From: Hydrurus foetidus
Lineage: Eukaryota
DNA length: 50,586 nucleotides
Assembly: GCA_900617105.1 (NCBI GenBank)
Contig: UYFQ01000309.1
Location: forward strand, 1 to 50,586
Direction of reading: 5' to 3'
The notes beneath the pieces are model-generated. The model did not search any database. It worked only from the letters and a program-made list of their open reading frames with translations, and had not been told where the DNA came from. A program made the position numbers and the translations under genes. The stretch's first letter is position 1, and each line of letters starts with the position of its first letter. This document shows positions 9,980 to 27,399 of the stretch, one piece after another.

Positions 9980-10753
9980 TTAGAAGAAAGCATTCACAGT
10001 GATTCTATTTTGTTTTCTATAGACACTGGGAACAAAATGATCGATCCTTGAGAATACAATCATATCATTTGTTTTTAAATTAATTTCCTCCATGTCTCCT
10101 GTTTCTTTAATGAGGATAAGATTACTACCGTCCCCCAACAAACAATACACTACTGAACAGAAAGAAGATTGGTCGCGATGATTATTTAAACCTGCTGACT
10201 GGCCTATTGGGTACAGATTGATAAAACAGTCACGTGGAAGTTCATTCGGGAATAGTTTGTAAAATAATTTGAGCTCATTTTTGTCTCTGTTATCTGCGAC
10301 AAAGCTTCTCGCCGCTGAATTAATGGTCTGCATTATATTTCTCCTCATTAGCGCCTTGAGTACCCCATCATTTTTGATCGTAACATGATTGCTGATGTAA
10401 TATTTGTACTTGATATCGACTCCTATCACGTCACTATCATCTACCGTGACCTTTCGAACAGACTCAATAACATCTTGAATTAAGTCGTCCAGATTATCCT
10501 CAATTGCGGATTTATGGAGCTTGAACTGGACGTATGATTCCGTCCAGCGTTGCAGAGGGAACTGATAATGGGTGCCCTTCAGTCGCTCCAAACGTTCATA
10601 GAGTTCAGATTTTGAGCACCTGATAAACCGAATAAGTGTCCTGATGTCGGAGTCTCCAAGATTTCCTTAACCATCAGTGACGGCAAGTAATTTGGCATTT
10701 TGTAGATCAGTCCAGTCTTGCCATCGAATTAAACTATGAGGTCTTTCCTTCAT
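9980..10753 (-). pseudogene. 2OG-Fe(II) dioxygenase superfamily protein with possible N-terminal Myb/SANT-like helix region; one in-frame TAA at 10667-10669
   Basis: FINLY...NHRD...VVYCL...DMIVFSRIDHFV...RKQNRITVNAFF gives the HxD...H...R signature. An in-frame ATG at 10753 gives 257 codons, with WTDLQNAKLL...RCSKSELYERLERL at the N-terminus. Confidence 0.75.
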
Positions 10754-10861
10754 TGGTTGTAACTTTTTATATTTTTAGACTTTTTTACTGAAATGCTTTT
10801 CAATCTCTCATAATTTAGCGTGTTTATATTACAGTGAAATTTAACATCTTATGCTTGAAGA

Positions 10862-12098
10862 TTATGTGATCTTATTCTTGTAATACCTTTTGTGCGGAGA
10901 TCTCAATGTACTACTAGTTCTAGTAGCATTCATAATATTAGAAGAATTGGGAAGATGCCAACTACTACCTGATAACGAGCCGTTTTCATTAGTAGCGATA
11001 ATAGATGGTGGTGATACAATTTGAATAGGCAAGAGACGGCGTGGTATACAGAAGTTATGTAACCTACAACACGCATGAACAATTTCGAATTGAAACTCTA
11101 AGTCGTATTCCATTGCATTCCACAAAATACCCCACCTACGAACTAAAACACCAAAAGCACATTCAATTGTAATTCTTAGCTGACTCTGATGAAAATTGAA
11201 CGCCTCTAAATATGGGTGTGTTTTATATGAATTTTAACCAGAAATGGTACGATCATGGTTTCATTCGAAGTATATGCATTATCACCTATCCAGTGATATG
11301 GGAAAGATAATAAACTGCAAACATCACGTAAACTACTGGTTTCATTAGCAATCGCGTCATTAGTACATCATTCATGTTTGTTGCAACAGCAACAAATTGC
11401 AAATCAGATTGACACACAGCTTGCATGTTGATACAAATCATTTTTTTGGACCCTGACGTAGACCTAGCAGTATTTTTGTAATTGTTTCTGTTAGGCGTTC
11501 TAGTCTTAATAGCTAATCCGTCAATTGCACCAACACAATACTGGAACAGATCGTAGGCACCTAGCGCCTTAAAATTGGTCGCTCGTGTACGAAGTGCTTT
11601 ATCCGATGTATCGCACTTAATCTTCAGATTGGGGTTATTGTAGATAGCTCTAACCACTGATCTCAAGTTTTAATATGTAAATGACTGAGATACCCTATGA
11701 GTCCTCATCGCTTCAATTCTTCGGCCACCAGCTAACATAATCAAAGCACAGCCTAATCGAGAATGATTTGTTATCAGACCAGATTTGTTTGACAGATTCG
11801 CCATGACTTCATTAACACCCAAATCTGGCGCCAACATTTCTGACAGAAGATCAAAAGAAACAGGATCTAACCGATACTCAGCTAAAAATGAATTCTCTTT
11901 CTCAGCAAGATCTCTGCAGTAGCCCTCTCGCCATCTCGTTCGAAAGTATTTATCATCCCGGCAAGGTCGAATTAATTTCCCGAGAGATGATTGAAAGATG
12001 TAGTCATCAGTATCTCGTGTCCTTTTTACAGCTTTTTTACTGTCACTTGAAGCTTCAGACTCAGCAAGAGATATGATTTTCTGCATTACTGAACTCAT
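10862..12098 (-). pseudogene. PIF/Harbinger-type DDE transposase (DDE_Tnp_4/HARBI1-like), several frameshifts
   Basis: Collinear motifs across frames: FLAEYRLDPVSFDLL, CVGAIDG (D1), INMQAVC, GDNAY (D2), FNFHQSQLRITIECAFGVLVRRW (E), ACCRLHNFC. Confidence 0.9.
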
Positions 12099-12366
12099 TG
12101 ATTGATTCTGATTTAAAAGTATTGCTGCAGCACTCCTCGCATGCAGTGCATAGTGCAGAGTATGCTGCACAGTAGAAAGCGTGCAGTGTGCAGGGCTATG
12201 AGCAGGTTCGATAACATAGGAAAAAGGTTGAAATGAGAATATCGGATAATAGCTTTCAGCTTTTCCTTCATTTCCGATAACATAGATATTTCGTAGAAAT
12301 CTGAACATCGGATAATCGGATATTCCGATGTTCGGATTTTGAGCTTTAGATAATAATCGGAAATAA

Positions 12367-12534
12367 GGCTACAATTCACGGGAACGCTAAAAAGTTTCCC
12401 ATATAACTTTTTGCCATAAAATATGCGGAAAAAGGAAAACTTTCCCATAAAAAGGGTAGTTTAGGGTAAATTTCGAACCTTACCATAAAATAATCATATG
12501 GGAAAACTTTTTAGCGTTCCCGTGAATTGTAGCC
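12367..12534. mobile_element. Tourist/Harbinger-type MITE, 168 bp
   Basis: 31-bp perfect TIR GGCTACAATTCACGGGAACGCTAAAAAGTTT (about 38 bp with one indel); TAA TSD at 12364-12366 and 12535-12537. Confidence 0.92.
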
Positions 12535-12564
12535 TAATTTGCCTTGTACTGAATTGAGAGATTC

Positions 12565-12758
12565 GTGTACTGAATTGATAGTTTGATGTACTGAAATCAA
12601 TACTGAAGCTTAGGATTAGGGTTAGGGTTAGGATTAGGGTGAAGATTAGGATTAGGATTAGGATTAGGGTTAGGGTTAGGGCTAAAGTCAGAGTCAGGGT
12701 TAGGGTTGGAGCTAGTGTTAGATAGTATTCAGTACATCAAACTATTAATTCAGTACAC
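12565..12758. repeat. Interstitial telomere-like (TTAGGG/TTAGGA)n tract bracketed by 31-bp inverted repeats
   Basis: Hexamer tract at ~12610-12708; 12565-12595 matches the reverse complement of 12728-12758 at 30/31. Confidence 0.85.
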
Positions 12759-13025
12759 TATTAATTGGGTCGCGATAATAATGGCCCTGAGCTGCCAAAT
12801 GCTTGTCGCAGATCGTCGAAAATTTGGGACTACTTCTTATCTTGGGTACTTGGTACTGAATACTGAGATGTACTGCGTGTAGGTGAGACGAATAATAACA
12901 GTTTCAAATTTCAGGGCCTTTGTGATCTCCTCCAGTAACCTTAGGTTTTGCAGACGCGAAGAACAGGCTCATCGCCTGGACGTTTTACATTGCTCTCTAA
13001 ACCTTACAAATAGGAACTGACAGCC

Positions 13026-14842
13026 ATGGGACAAGGATCCCAACCGAACGAAGATAATAGCGAAAAACATGCGGGATACTGGTGGCTACTTTTTTGCGTC
13101 GTAGGAATGGTATCGTCTCTCACATTGTACGGGCTGCTCCTTGAATTCGTCACATCTGGTGGTCGAAAATTGCACGAAATATCTTTTGTCTTCGTCACAA
13201 CTGCTATATATTCTGTCACAGCATTTATTGCTAGAGAAATTTTCAATGAAAAACCGACGCACATCTCGAAATATCAAATGTTGTTCCTGTCGATGACATC
13301 GATAGCATCAACGATCACATCCGTAAGGTCGCTCCGATATGTCATTTATCCTGTGCAGGTAGGGTATCCTGTACCTGAAACAATTCTGTTATTCTCCTTA
13401 CGATGATCGTCGACGCTCTATTGTAAACATTGCTCTTCATGATCAACAGGTGCTGTTTAAATCGTGTAAACCGGTTCCTGTGATGATATTTGGAACTCTT
13501 CTGGGCAAGAAATATGCTTTGAGGAAATATGTTAACGTTATCATCATTACTACCGGCGTTGCGCTTTTTATGGGCGGTGGTAGTTCAACTGGAAAAGCCG
13601 GTGGAGGAGGCGACACCACATTCTTGGGCGCAATAATGCTTTCCATATCTCTGTGCTTCGATGGCGCTACGGGGGCATACGAGGACAAGCTAATGGGAAA
13701 TGATCACGTAGAACCATTTGACCTCATGTTTAACATTCAATTAGGCAAGGCCGTCATATCATTTTGTACTGTAGTGGTGACAAACTCACTTCCTAACTTC
13801 GTGAAGACGTTGACAGAAGGCGGAATAATGCTTGTTCTATTAGGAATAACGGGCGCTATTGGTCAGGTAAGCGTATTCTCAACTACACATTTTGAGCAGC
13901 CACTCTGTGATAATCTTCAATAATCTTCTTAGCACATCTTGTTTAGCTACTAAGTGCAGCGCATTGTTGATATTGCCATGATTTTTTTATTGACATTTAC
14001 AACGCTCTCATGATTTTTTTATTGCAATGGCTATCTGCCTATCTTCTGAGCCTTCCCATCATCAAATTAAATCAGGTTTTTGTATTTGTGACAATATCAA
14101 AATTTGGCGCATTAAATTGCGCATTGATCGGACTTGGTCGAAAAATGCTTTCCCTCCTGCTTTCTTTTGTTTTATACGGTCACACCATGAACGCGATTCA
14201 GACTGTGGGCTTAACTTTATCAATTGTTGCGATGATCGCAAATTTCTATGAGAAGGTGATACAATCCAATCCAATACAGTGTAACATTTAATGAGCTGCT
14301 ATTTAAAGGAAATTCGAGCCTTAATGTCAATTGGTTTGTATTCATACTGATCACATCTAAGTTTATGTTATGTACTTAAGCGCATGCATTTTAGTGTGGC
14401 ATTCGCTATTTCCTCTTCTTGTGTCCCTCAGCTTGCATAGTTAAACGAATAAGTACTATTATCTGTTAACTGACATTTAAGTTGTGGATATAGCACCAAC
14501 TGTTGTACTGGAAACAAGAAGAAATAATATACCTATGCTTCACCTACGTAGTGCAGTGACTAAAATATCTGAATTGCATCTAATGAACATTTGACGTCAC
14601 TTTCCCAGGGCGGTAAATCTAAAAAGACAGATTCAGATCGAAAAGAAGCGGAAATGAGCGAAGTTAGGCCACTCATGGATGGAGAGTTTGACGAGGATGA
14701 CGATTTCATGAATAGAAGCGGTGACATTGAAATTGGTTCATCGAAGAATAAAGAAGAAATCGCACCTGATATTTTAAATTTAGATAATAATTTAATAGAT
14801 TCGGAAGACAATTTGAGAGATCAATCATCGCCCACTAAGTAG
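13026..14842 (+). CDS. Nucleotide-sugar transporter, UAA/SLC35B family (exons 13026-13358, 13450-13866, 14076-14255, 14609-14842)
   Basis: YPVQVLFKSCKPVPVMIFG, SLCFDGATGAYEDK and GRKMLSLLLSFVLYGH motifs; GT-AG introns keep the frame. Confidence 0.9.
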
Positions 14843-15821
14843 TCAGATGTCGCATAGTGAGTCAGTGAGGGAGAGAGTGGAAAGTACTCTGCAACTAGAT
14901 TCAGAATAGTGTCTCTCCTCACCGATAACCGACGAAAAGTTTGTCTTTTCCCTTCTGATACCGCGACAGCAAATACAGAAAAAGTGAAGTAGTCGTTCAT
15001 TCAACTAAGATTAATTTTTGTTCTGTTATCATCAATCGATCGGTCTATCTCACATGCAACATTCCATTTTCTCAACATCCACACTTTTTACTTCCTCACT
15101 TTATCGGAACCAATTGATAACACATTCTGAATAAAGAACATTATATCTCAAATATGGGAATTTACTTCTAGATCACGCAATTTTTTACGAGCTCTGCCCG
15201 GCGTCGGGGGAAAGAAAGGAAACGCAAGGGAGGACACTTGATTCATTGAAGCCGTTGGTGAATGTAGGACCCAGGGACAGGGGAGTAGAGCGGAAGGAAA
15301 GTTGCGTGATCTCCTTACACACGCAGAATGCATTTTCTTTTGAATTACTAATCTCTCTTACCGCCTTTCCTATCTCAGTTTCTGTGACATGTGCAGCATA
15401 ACGTCATACGTTATGCACTTAACGGTCATGAGATGCTTCCACGGCTAAGTTATAGGGCAGATCCGGTTCAAACCGGTATAATATCTCGCATTCATAAAGA
15501 CCTTCTCTTCAAACATTCTACCTCTAGAAATGCAATTAGTTCACAGAAAGTTGGACGATGAAATTACATAAAAAAAATAACGCACTAATCTAAGGCTTCT
15601 ATTCTTCATGATTTCTCAGACACATTTCATCAAGCAATAACATCGCGGCAACATCGTAGTGAAGTTATGTGAAGGGATAAGTAATTCGCTTTCAGAAGAT
15701 ACCCAGATTATGCCATAATTAAGCAGCAAGTTTGAATCGAAAAATAAATAATTCTATCCGCAGAATAAAATAAATCCACCGCATGCAGGAATCCACTTTC
15801 ATGCACTACATTTAGGTTGAA

Positions 15822-16514
15822 TTATGCAAGTAGTGAATCTCTTTCATTTTCTTTAGGGTTACTAATTATCCATGATGGAATACCAAGTTTTTGAGTAAAA
15901 GAAGATTCAGCTTCTTGGTTATCTGATTCATCAGCTCCAGGCAGTTCAGAGTACTGCAAAGAGGCAGCTAAAACGTGACCCTTGTATTTCGCGAGGTAGA
16001 AAGTAAAGAATATCTGCGGGGGGAATTTTAAGAGAGATATGTGATGAGGAGTTACAGCTGTAGAGTTGGGCTAGGTAGCTTCTAATGATACCTGCAGCAG
16101 AAACAGAAGAACGGAGAACACACATAGGACACGCATGGCGTCCTTCGAATCACAAGTGTATTTTCGGACGGCTACGCTGAGTATTTCACAACGAGATAAC
16201 TCTCCCCAGTAAACGGCTGTTGTTAGGCTCAGAATGGATATCACAACTCCGGACCCAAGGCATGCACCCACAGACAAAGAGTCAGGTCGTTTATTTATGA
16301 TCCAGAGTGATCCGGCAGCAAAAAGTATGTTTAGAAGACCCGTCACAATTAATTGGAAACCGACCACTGAGAAGTGTCGAAGAAATACCGATGTGAGACA
16401 GAAGCATGAGGCGACCCCCAGTTGCGTAACTAAACTTATATTCATAGCTTTCTTCGGATTCAAGAGGGTACTGTCCGCGGTTTTCGCGAAAAGTAGTGAA
16501 ATAAGCTCCTCCAT
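15822..16514 (-). CDS. Hypothetical membrane protein with about 4 TM segments (exons 16514-16092, 16013-15822)
   Basis: Four hydrophobic segments and a Cys pair in a loop; a phase-0 GT-AG intron leads to TAA at 15822-15824. Confidence 0.7.
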
Positions 16515-17157
16515 TGTCAGAACGTGATGGCTTACTGCGCGGACGTCACAATTGAATCTCAGACAGTAAACCCCTGCGATGCCACTGTTGAGTCTCCGCG
16601 TTTCCGCTCACTGCGGAGACGATTCGACATTCGACATTCGACGTGTTTTTCATTCAAATCAAATTTTCGTTTTTTTACAAATTCCCCCAAGGGCTAAATT
16701 ATAGCATATATGTATATACCTACATCACCGTTATCCCTTCAAGATTTTTTCTATCCTTGTGGTAAAGATTTTTCGATTTTTGGGTTTACACATTCGATGC
16801 CCACCGCTCTGATTATTCTCCAATCGCCTTTATGGTCGGCAACGATACCCCAGCATATTACTAATTTGGCGTAGCAGCTTCGAAGACTACCAAAAAAGGT
16901 TTGCTACCTGACATCACTGCTAACTTCGTGCTATGTGTTGGTCAACGTCCCCGACGCTATCTGAATCGTCTCCTAAATTGATTTGAAATTGATCTCTTCA
17001 CTCTCTCCTGCGAAAGGGACTACGTTTTTCACTCTCCATCATCACCTGCCACTGACAGCTACGTCATCATTCAGTATCCAGCAAAACTGCCCACTAACAT
17101 AAGACCCCGAAATTTTCTGACCTTCTCCTGACTATATTATTAACTCACAGTATCAAG

Positions 17158-18483
17158 ATGCCAAAAGATAAAGTCCACGTTTCCCTTGTCATCATTGGCC
17201 ACGTAGATGCCGGCAAATCGACTACCACTGGTCACTTGATCTACAAGTGCGGAGGCATCGACAAGAGAACCATCGAGAAGTACGAGAAGGAGGCTGCCGA
17301 GATGGGCAAATCTTCTTTCAAGTACGCATGGGTTCTTGACAACTTGAAGGCCGAGCGTGAGAGAGGAATCACAATCGACATCGCTCTCTGGAAGTTCGAG
17401 TCACCAAAGTACGCATTCACCGTCATCGATGCCCCCGGACACAGAGATTTCATCAAGAACATGATTACCGGAACATCACAGGCAGATGTTGCCGTCCTTG
17501 TCATCGACTCCGCACCAGGTGGATTCGAGGGTGGATGGGCATCAGAGGGACAGACCAAGGAGCACGCCCTTCTTGCCTTCACTCTTGGTGTCAAGCAGAT
17601 GATTGTCGCCCTGAACAAGATGGACTCTTGCGCCTACTCTGAATCTCGTTACAACGACATTAAGGAGGAGGTGTCTGGCTACCTGAAGAAGGTCGGCTAC
17701 AAGCCCGCCAAGATCAACTTCGTCCCTATCTCAGGATGGGTCGGAGACAACATGATCGACCGCTCCACCGCCATGGCATGGTACAAGGGCCCTATCCTCC
17801 TCGAAGCCCTCGACCTCGTCATCCCACCAGAGCGCCCAACCAACAAACCCCTCCGCCTCCCCCTTCAGGATGTGTACAAGATTGGTGGCATTGGCACAGT
17901 GCCAGTAGGACGTGTCGAGACCGGCATCCTCAAGCCCAACATGGTGGTGACCTTCGCCCCCATCGGACTCTCCACTGAGGTCAAGTCAGTAGAGATGCAC
18001 CACGAGTCACTCGCCGAGGCCGTCCCCGGAGACAACGTTGGCTTCAATTGCAAGAACGTGTCCGTGAAGGACATCAAGCGTGGATATGTATGCTCTAACT
18101 CTGCTGACGATCCAGCAAAGGGATGCGAGACATTCGTGGCCCAGGTCATCATCATGTCCCACCCTGGCCAGATCCAGAACGGCTACACCCCCGTTCTTGA
18201 TTGCCACACCAGTCACATCGCCACCAAGTTCAAGAACATTGATGAGAAGATGGACAGACGTACCGGCAAGACTCTTGAGGAGAACCCCAAATTCGTAAAG
18301 AACGGAGATGCATGCATGGTTACCATGGAGCCATCTAAGCCAATGGTTGTTGAGTCCTTCTCTGACTACCCACCACTTGGACGTTTCGCCGTCAGAGACA
18401 TGAGACAAACCGTCGCCGTCGGCGTCATTAAATCCGTGATCAAGAAGGAGGAGGGCAAGAAAGCCGCAGGAAAGAAGAAGTAA
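17158..18483 (+). CDS. EEF1A: Translation elongation factor 1-alpha
   Basis: [24 protein letters not shown] and [10 protein letters not shown] motifs; strong codon bias. Confidence 0.99.
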   Translation: MPKDKVHVSLVIIGHVDAGKSTTTGHLIYKCGGIDKRTIEKYEKEAAEMGKSSFKYAWVLDNLKAERERGITIDIALWKFESPKYAFTVIDAPGHRDFIKNMITGTSQADVAVLVIDSAPGGFEGGWASEGQTKEHALLAFTLGVKQMIVALNKMDSCAYSESRYNDIKEEVSGYLKKVGYKPAKINFVPISGWVGDNMIDRSTAMAWYKGPILLEALDLVIPPERPTNKPLRLPLQDVYKIGGIGTVPVGRVETGILKPNMVVTFAPIGLSTEVKSVEMHHESLAEAVPGDNVGFNCKNVSVKDIKRGYVCSNSADDPAKGCETFVAQVIIMSHPGQIQNGYTPVLDCHTSHIATKFKNIDEKMDRRTGKTLEENPKFVKNGDACMVTMEPSKPMVVESFSDYPPLGRFAVRDMRQTVAVGVIKSVIKKEEGKKAAGKKK

Positions 18484-19599
18484 AGGAACACTACGTTGAC
18501 AATTTTGGAGTATAATCGTCCAGAAATTACAATAGGCCTTTTTACTGAACTTTTATAACCCTGATTGCGTATGTTAGCCCACTCACTTTATCTCCCCCGA
18601 ACTAGTTGTCATCTCGTCTATGAATTAAGAACAAATACAGAAGCTGCTTGAAAACAACCGCCTTGTTCTTCGAACCATCTGAGAGACTGACACGAGTACA
18701 GAAACTATCATCACACAACAGTGCATCATACTTGATGTCCCGAACCTCTAACAGTTGATGATAACGAGCTACTTTTATCGCGCCTTGGAGAACAGCATAA
18801 TTAACACGCTGACATATAATATTCCCAACTGCGCTTCACACAAATAATCCACAAATTTGGCCGCAATGAAGTCGACTTTCAAAATTGTCGTTGAGGATGT
18901 AAATTGCAGAAATCTTGGCCGCAGCATATTAGATTAAGCACAATAATGAACTGTAAGCGTAGTCAATTATCATAAACGTGAATAAACTACAATTATTCGA
19001 AAGAAGTGAAAATGATGTTACAGGATACGATCTACAATTGAATAGTTATATACTAGATTAGAAAAAATCTTACAGTTACTCATTATATCTTAGATTAGGC
19101 TTCTGACAAATTGGCAGTTAAAAGATCGCCAAAAGATACCTACTTTTAATTTTGGCAAGTGCCTGCTCTGCAAAGCCCTAACCCCAAAACGACTTACAGA
19201 TCAACTGATCATGTTATTCTATGAATTGAAATAGTATGTTCTGAATTGAAAAAACAGTAGAAACTTCACTTTCGCAATAGACGGTTTCGCAATGAACGGT
19301 TAGCCAAAGCAACGATAAGTTTATTTATGCATCAAATCAGATGCTATTTAGTCTGATTCGATGCAACCTTGGTATTTATTTCTTTTTTTTCAAAACTCGC
19401 CGTTGAAATGAGAGCCCAGCCAGAGCGGAGATGGAAGATGAAGTCGAAGTACGAAGGGTGGAGTCATTCCAGTTGTCACAGTCAGAGCACTTTCTGTCGG
19501 CATCTCCAGCACCCCAAGACAGAAGTAACGTCGAAATTCCGATTGCTAGCTGACCCACTAAATCTCTTTCCCTGATCGTCGAAGTGCACCATCTTAAAA

Positions 19600-24480
<4,881 letters not shown>

Positions 24481-25320
24481 AAAGAAAAGGCAATACTGTC
24501 GCCTACATCGTATGGAAATTAGTGCGGAAATGTTTTTATAGTGCTGTAACTCTTCTTATACTATGGAAAGACTATAAAATTTTTTAAATTGAATACTTAA
24601 TTATGGAATAATGTATTTCTGTGTATCAAATTTGTTAATGTCGAAAAAGCATAACTGTATGAGAAGTATGTAGTAAGTAAACGATAGTCATTTTTATAAC
24701 ATAGAATTCCAATGTGCATAACATGTGGCTTACTTATCCATTTTCTAGAGTTAAAGCCAAGTAAAATAAATCGCCAAAATCTTGGTACTAAAAGATAACA
24801 GCGAAGAAACGCTGACGTTTTGAATGAAAAGGATTTGCGGATTGGAAGTACAATACTTAAAAAGTGCGCATTTTATGAAAACGACTGACTGACTGATAAA
24901 ATAAATTACCCATTTTTTCAAAATGGATGATCTATTTTATCGGACCGAATAAATCGTAATTTTATGTTGAGTACATGATCGATTCGAAGAAATAACTGAC
25001 GATCATGCCCAAGTCGGGAAGTGGAGAGACTAGTGTAGTGCATGCCATGTCTAAGAGTTATTGTACAGAAGTAACAAGGTGCAACAAGTAACTTTCATGG
25101 ATAATTTATAATTTTCATGCGCGCATGATCTCTTCCGTAAACGGTACAGTACAGTACCATACGTTACGCAATCCAACAAGAGATGATGATGTTTCATCGC
25201 TCCAACCCCACCACAGATGAGATCGATCAGGGAGTGAAGCGGTAAACAAACTGTCGAAATCGCAATGTCGGTCTTGCAGAGGCAGTTTGCACCATTGTTT
25301 CGCAGGGGGTATTTCTTACT

Positions 25321-26901
25321 ATGAAATCCGCTCGACGTCAATTTTTTGTTTACAACTCGATTGCGAGGTTGCACACCCAACCATGTACATCACATTTCAG
25401 AGATCCAAGAAGTTTGAGGTTTACTTTTCCAAGACACTTATCTTCCAGCAGTCAACTGCAAGGCATCCATAACTCATTGGATGATCTAACAACTGAAGCT
25501 GATAGACGCAAAGCCGCGCTTAAGAGGGTGTTAATCCAATATCAGGAGCTACACGGGAATATGTTCGTTCCACTAACTTTTGTAGTTCCTTCTCACAGCC
25601 CTAAATGGCCCGAGGAAATGTGGGGTATAATGCTTGGTCATGTTGTCAGCAGCATAAGGGCTGGTCTCTCGTACATGTCGATGCGAGACGAGTTAGAAGA
25701 CATAGGCTTCGTTTTTGACTTTCCAAGCCACGAGAGCATTAGAGTCGCATTCATGAAGTACAAAGATCTGCATGGTGATATGCCTATTCAAAGGAACTTT
25801 GTTGTACCAGTTGATAACTCAATTTGGCCACGGAGAACATGGGGTCTAAAGCTGGGATTACTAACCAAGAGAATTCAAGCCGGAAGTTCACTCGACTCTC
25901 TGCGTAAAGAACTGGAAGAGCATGGCTACGACTGCAATTATCAGGGCTGTATGGGGTATGACGAGGAATCTATTCAACTAGGACTATTGAAATACTGTGA
26001 ATTACATAGAAAGATGTTAGTTCCGTTAAGATTTAAGGTTCCTAAAAATAGTGAAGAATGGCCTCAGAAAACGTGGCGAATGCCCCTGGGAGTCATAGTA
26101 ACCATGATCAAAAACAACGTAAATTACAGAGGCATGCGAGAAAGGCTTAAATCGAGGGGCCTAAATTGTGCTCCTTTTCGATTAAAGCAGTATTCGGAAG
26201 ATGCCGCCAGACTCCTTCTATGCAAATATCATGAGTTACATGGAAATTTCGATGTTTCACATGAATTTGTAGTTCCTTCCGATTCCGATGATTGGCCATC
26301 GTGGATGAGAGGCACCCAATTGGGAGCTTTAGTAAAACGAGTACGTCACGGACACTCCCTTAAGGGGATGAGAAACAAACTGGAGGAGATTGGATTCAGT
26401 TTTGAACTGCCAGAGAAAAAAGTAGATCGGCATGGAGAAGAACTAATACTACTTGCATTGCAAACATACAAGAAATTATACGGTAATCTGATGGTACCGG
26501 GCGCCTTCATTATTCCTCATGACACTGTTGATTGGCCTGAACAATTGTGGGGAAAAGCGTTGGGTTCTATTGTGGGCAGAATTCGAATAGGGCGTTGCTA
26601 CCTTCACATGGTAGAAAAATTCAACGAAATTGGATTTAAATGGTATGGCGGTAAGTTTCAAGGATATGATGATGATATCGTTCTGTTGGCGTTGACACAC
26701 TACAAGAAATTACACGGAAATACGCTTGTTCCTGCGAAATTTATCGTTCCGAAGGGAAGTGAAGAATGGCCTGAATCTTTGTGGCAAATGCAACTCGGTA
26801 TTTGCGTCACCAAAATACGTATAGGTACGATTCATATCTCAATCAGAAAAGAATTAAGTGCCCTTGGATTAGACTATTATCCTAGGAGTGCTAAGAAATA
26901 G
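25321..26901 (+). CDS. Protein with six helicase-associated (HA)-like repeats and an R/S-rich N-terminal leader
   Basis: Six ~75-aa repeats Y..LHG...VP..F.VP.....WP...WG..LG..V..IR.G......L...GF. Confidence 0.8.
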   Translation: MKSARRQFFVYNSIARLHTQPCTSHFRDPRSLRFTFPRHLSSSSQLQGIHNSLDDLTTEADRRKAALKRVLIQYQELHGNMFVPLTFVVPSHSPKWPEEMWGIMLGHVVSSIRAGLSYMSMRDELEDIGFVFDFPSHESIRVAFMKYKDLHGDMPIQRNFVVPVDNSIWPRRTWGLKLGLLTKRIQAGSSLDSLRKELEEHGYDCNYQGCMGYDEESIQLGLLKYCELHRKMLVPLRFKVPKNSEEWPQKTWRMPLGVIVTMIKNNVNYRGMRERLKSRGLNCAPFRLKQYSEDAARLLLCKYHELHGNFDVSHEFVVPSDSDDWPSWMRGTQLGALVKRVRHGHSLKGMRNKLEEIGFSFELPEKKVDRHGEELILLALQTYKKLYGNLMVPGAFIIPHDTVDWPEQLWGKALGSIVGRIRIGRCYLHMVEKFNEIGFKWYGGKFQGYDDDIVLLALTHYKKLHGNTLVPAKFIVPKGSEEWPESLWQMQLGICVTKIRIGTIHISIRKELSALGLDYYPRSAKK

Positions 26902-27399
26902 TAAGTCATTCTTTCATGAGAAAAATTCCAAAGAATATTGAAGATTCCTAAGGCAAAAATGTAATGACGTACTTGTTACACTATGGTTTACAAAATAGAC
27001 AGTGTAAACATACATTATTAAAATTCATTCTGAATCCAGTAAAGTTGTTACTATTTCACATTCATCAGCACCTTTGAATTTGGAGGAGGAAAACATTAAT
27101 GACGACATGAAGAATAGACTTTTTTCAGAGAAATATTTAAAATTAACAAGCGCTCAATACATCCACTCTAACAAGTAAAACGGAACTTTCTCCTGAATGC
27201 GATTTTCGACTTGGCTGATTTGATGGAATTTATCAAATATGATGAAAATGGAGCAAATTGTCAATTTTACGTGAGTAAAGGGGTTAGAATTCTGAACCGA
27301 AAACATTCATATTTGCTCCGATTTTATCCTATTTGCTAATTACCGTCGATATCATATTTCTTGATATGTGGTCTGTAAATATGAAGTGAATAATCATTT

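Noticed and set aside
12610..12708. True telomere or chromosome end
   Set aside because: The tract is short, degenerate and internal, with genes on both sides.
17241..18408. Antisense and overlapping ORFs on EF-1alpha (likewise on the pol genes)
   Set aside because: Shadow ORFs caused by the codon bias of the real genes.
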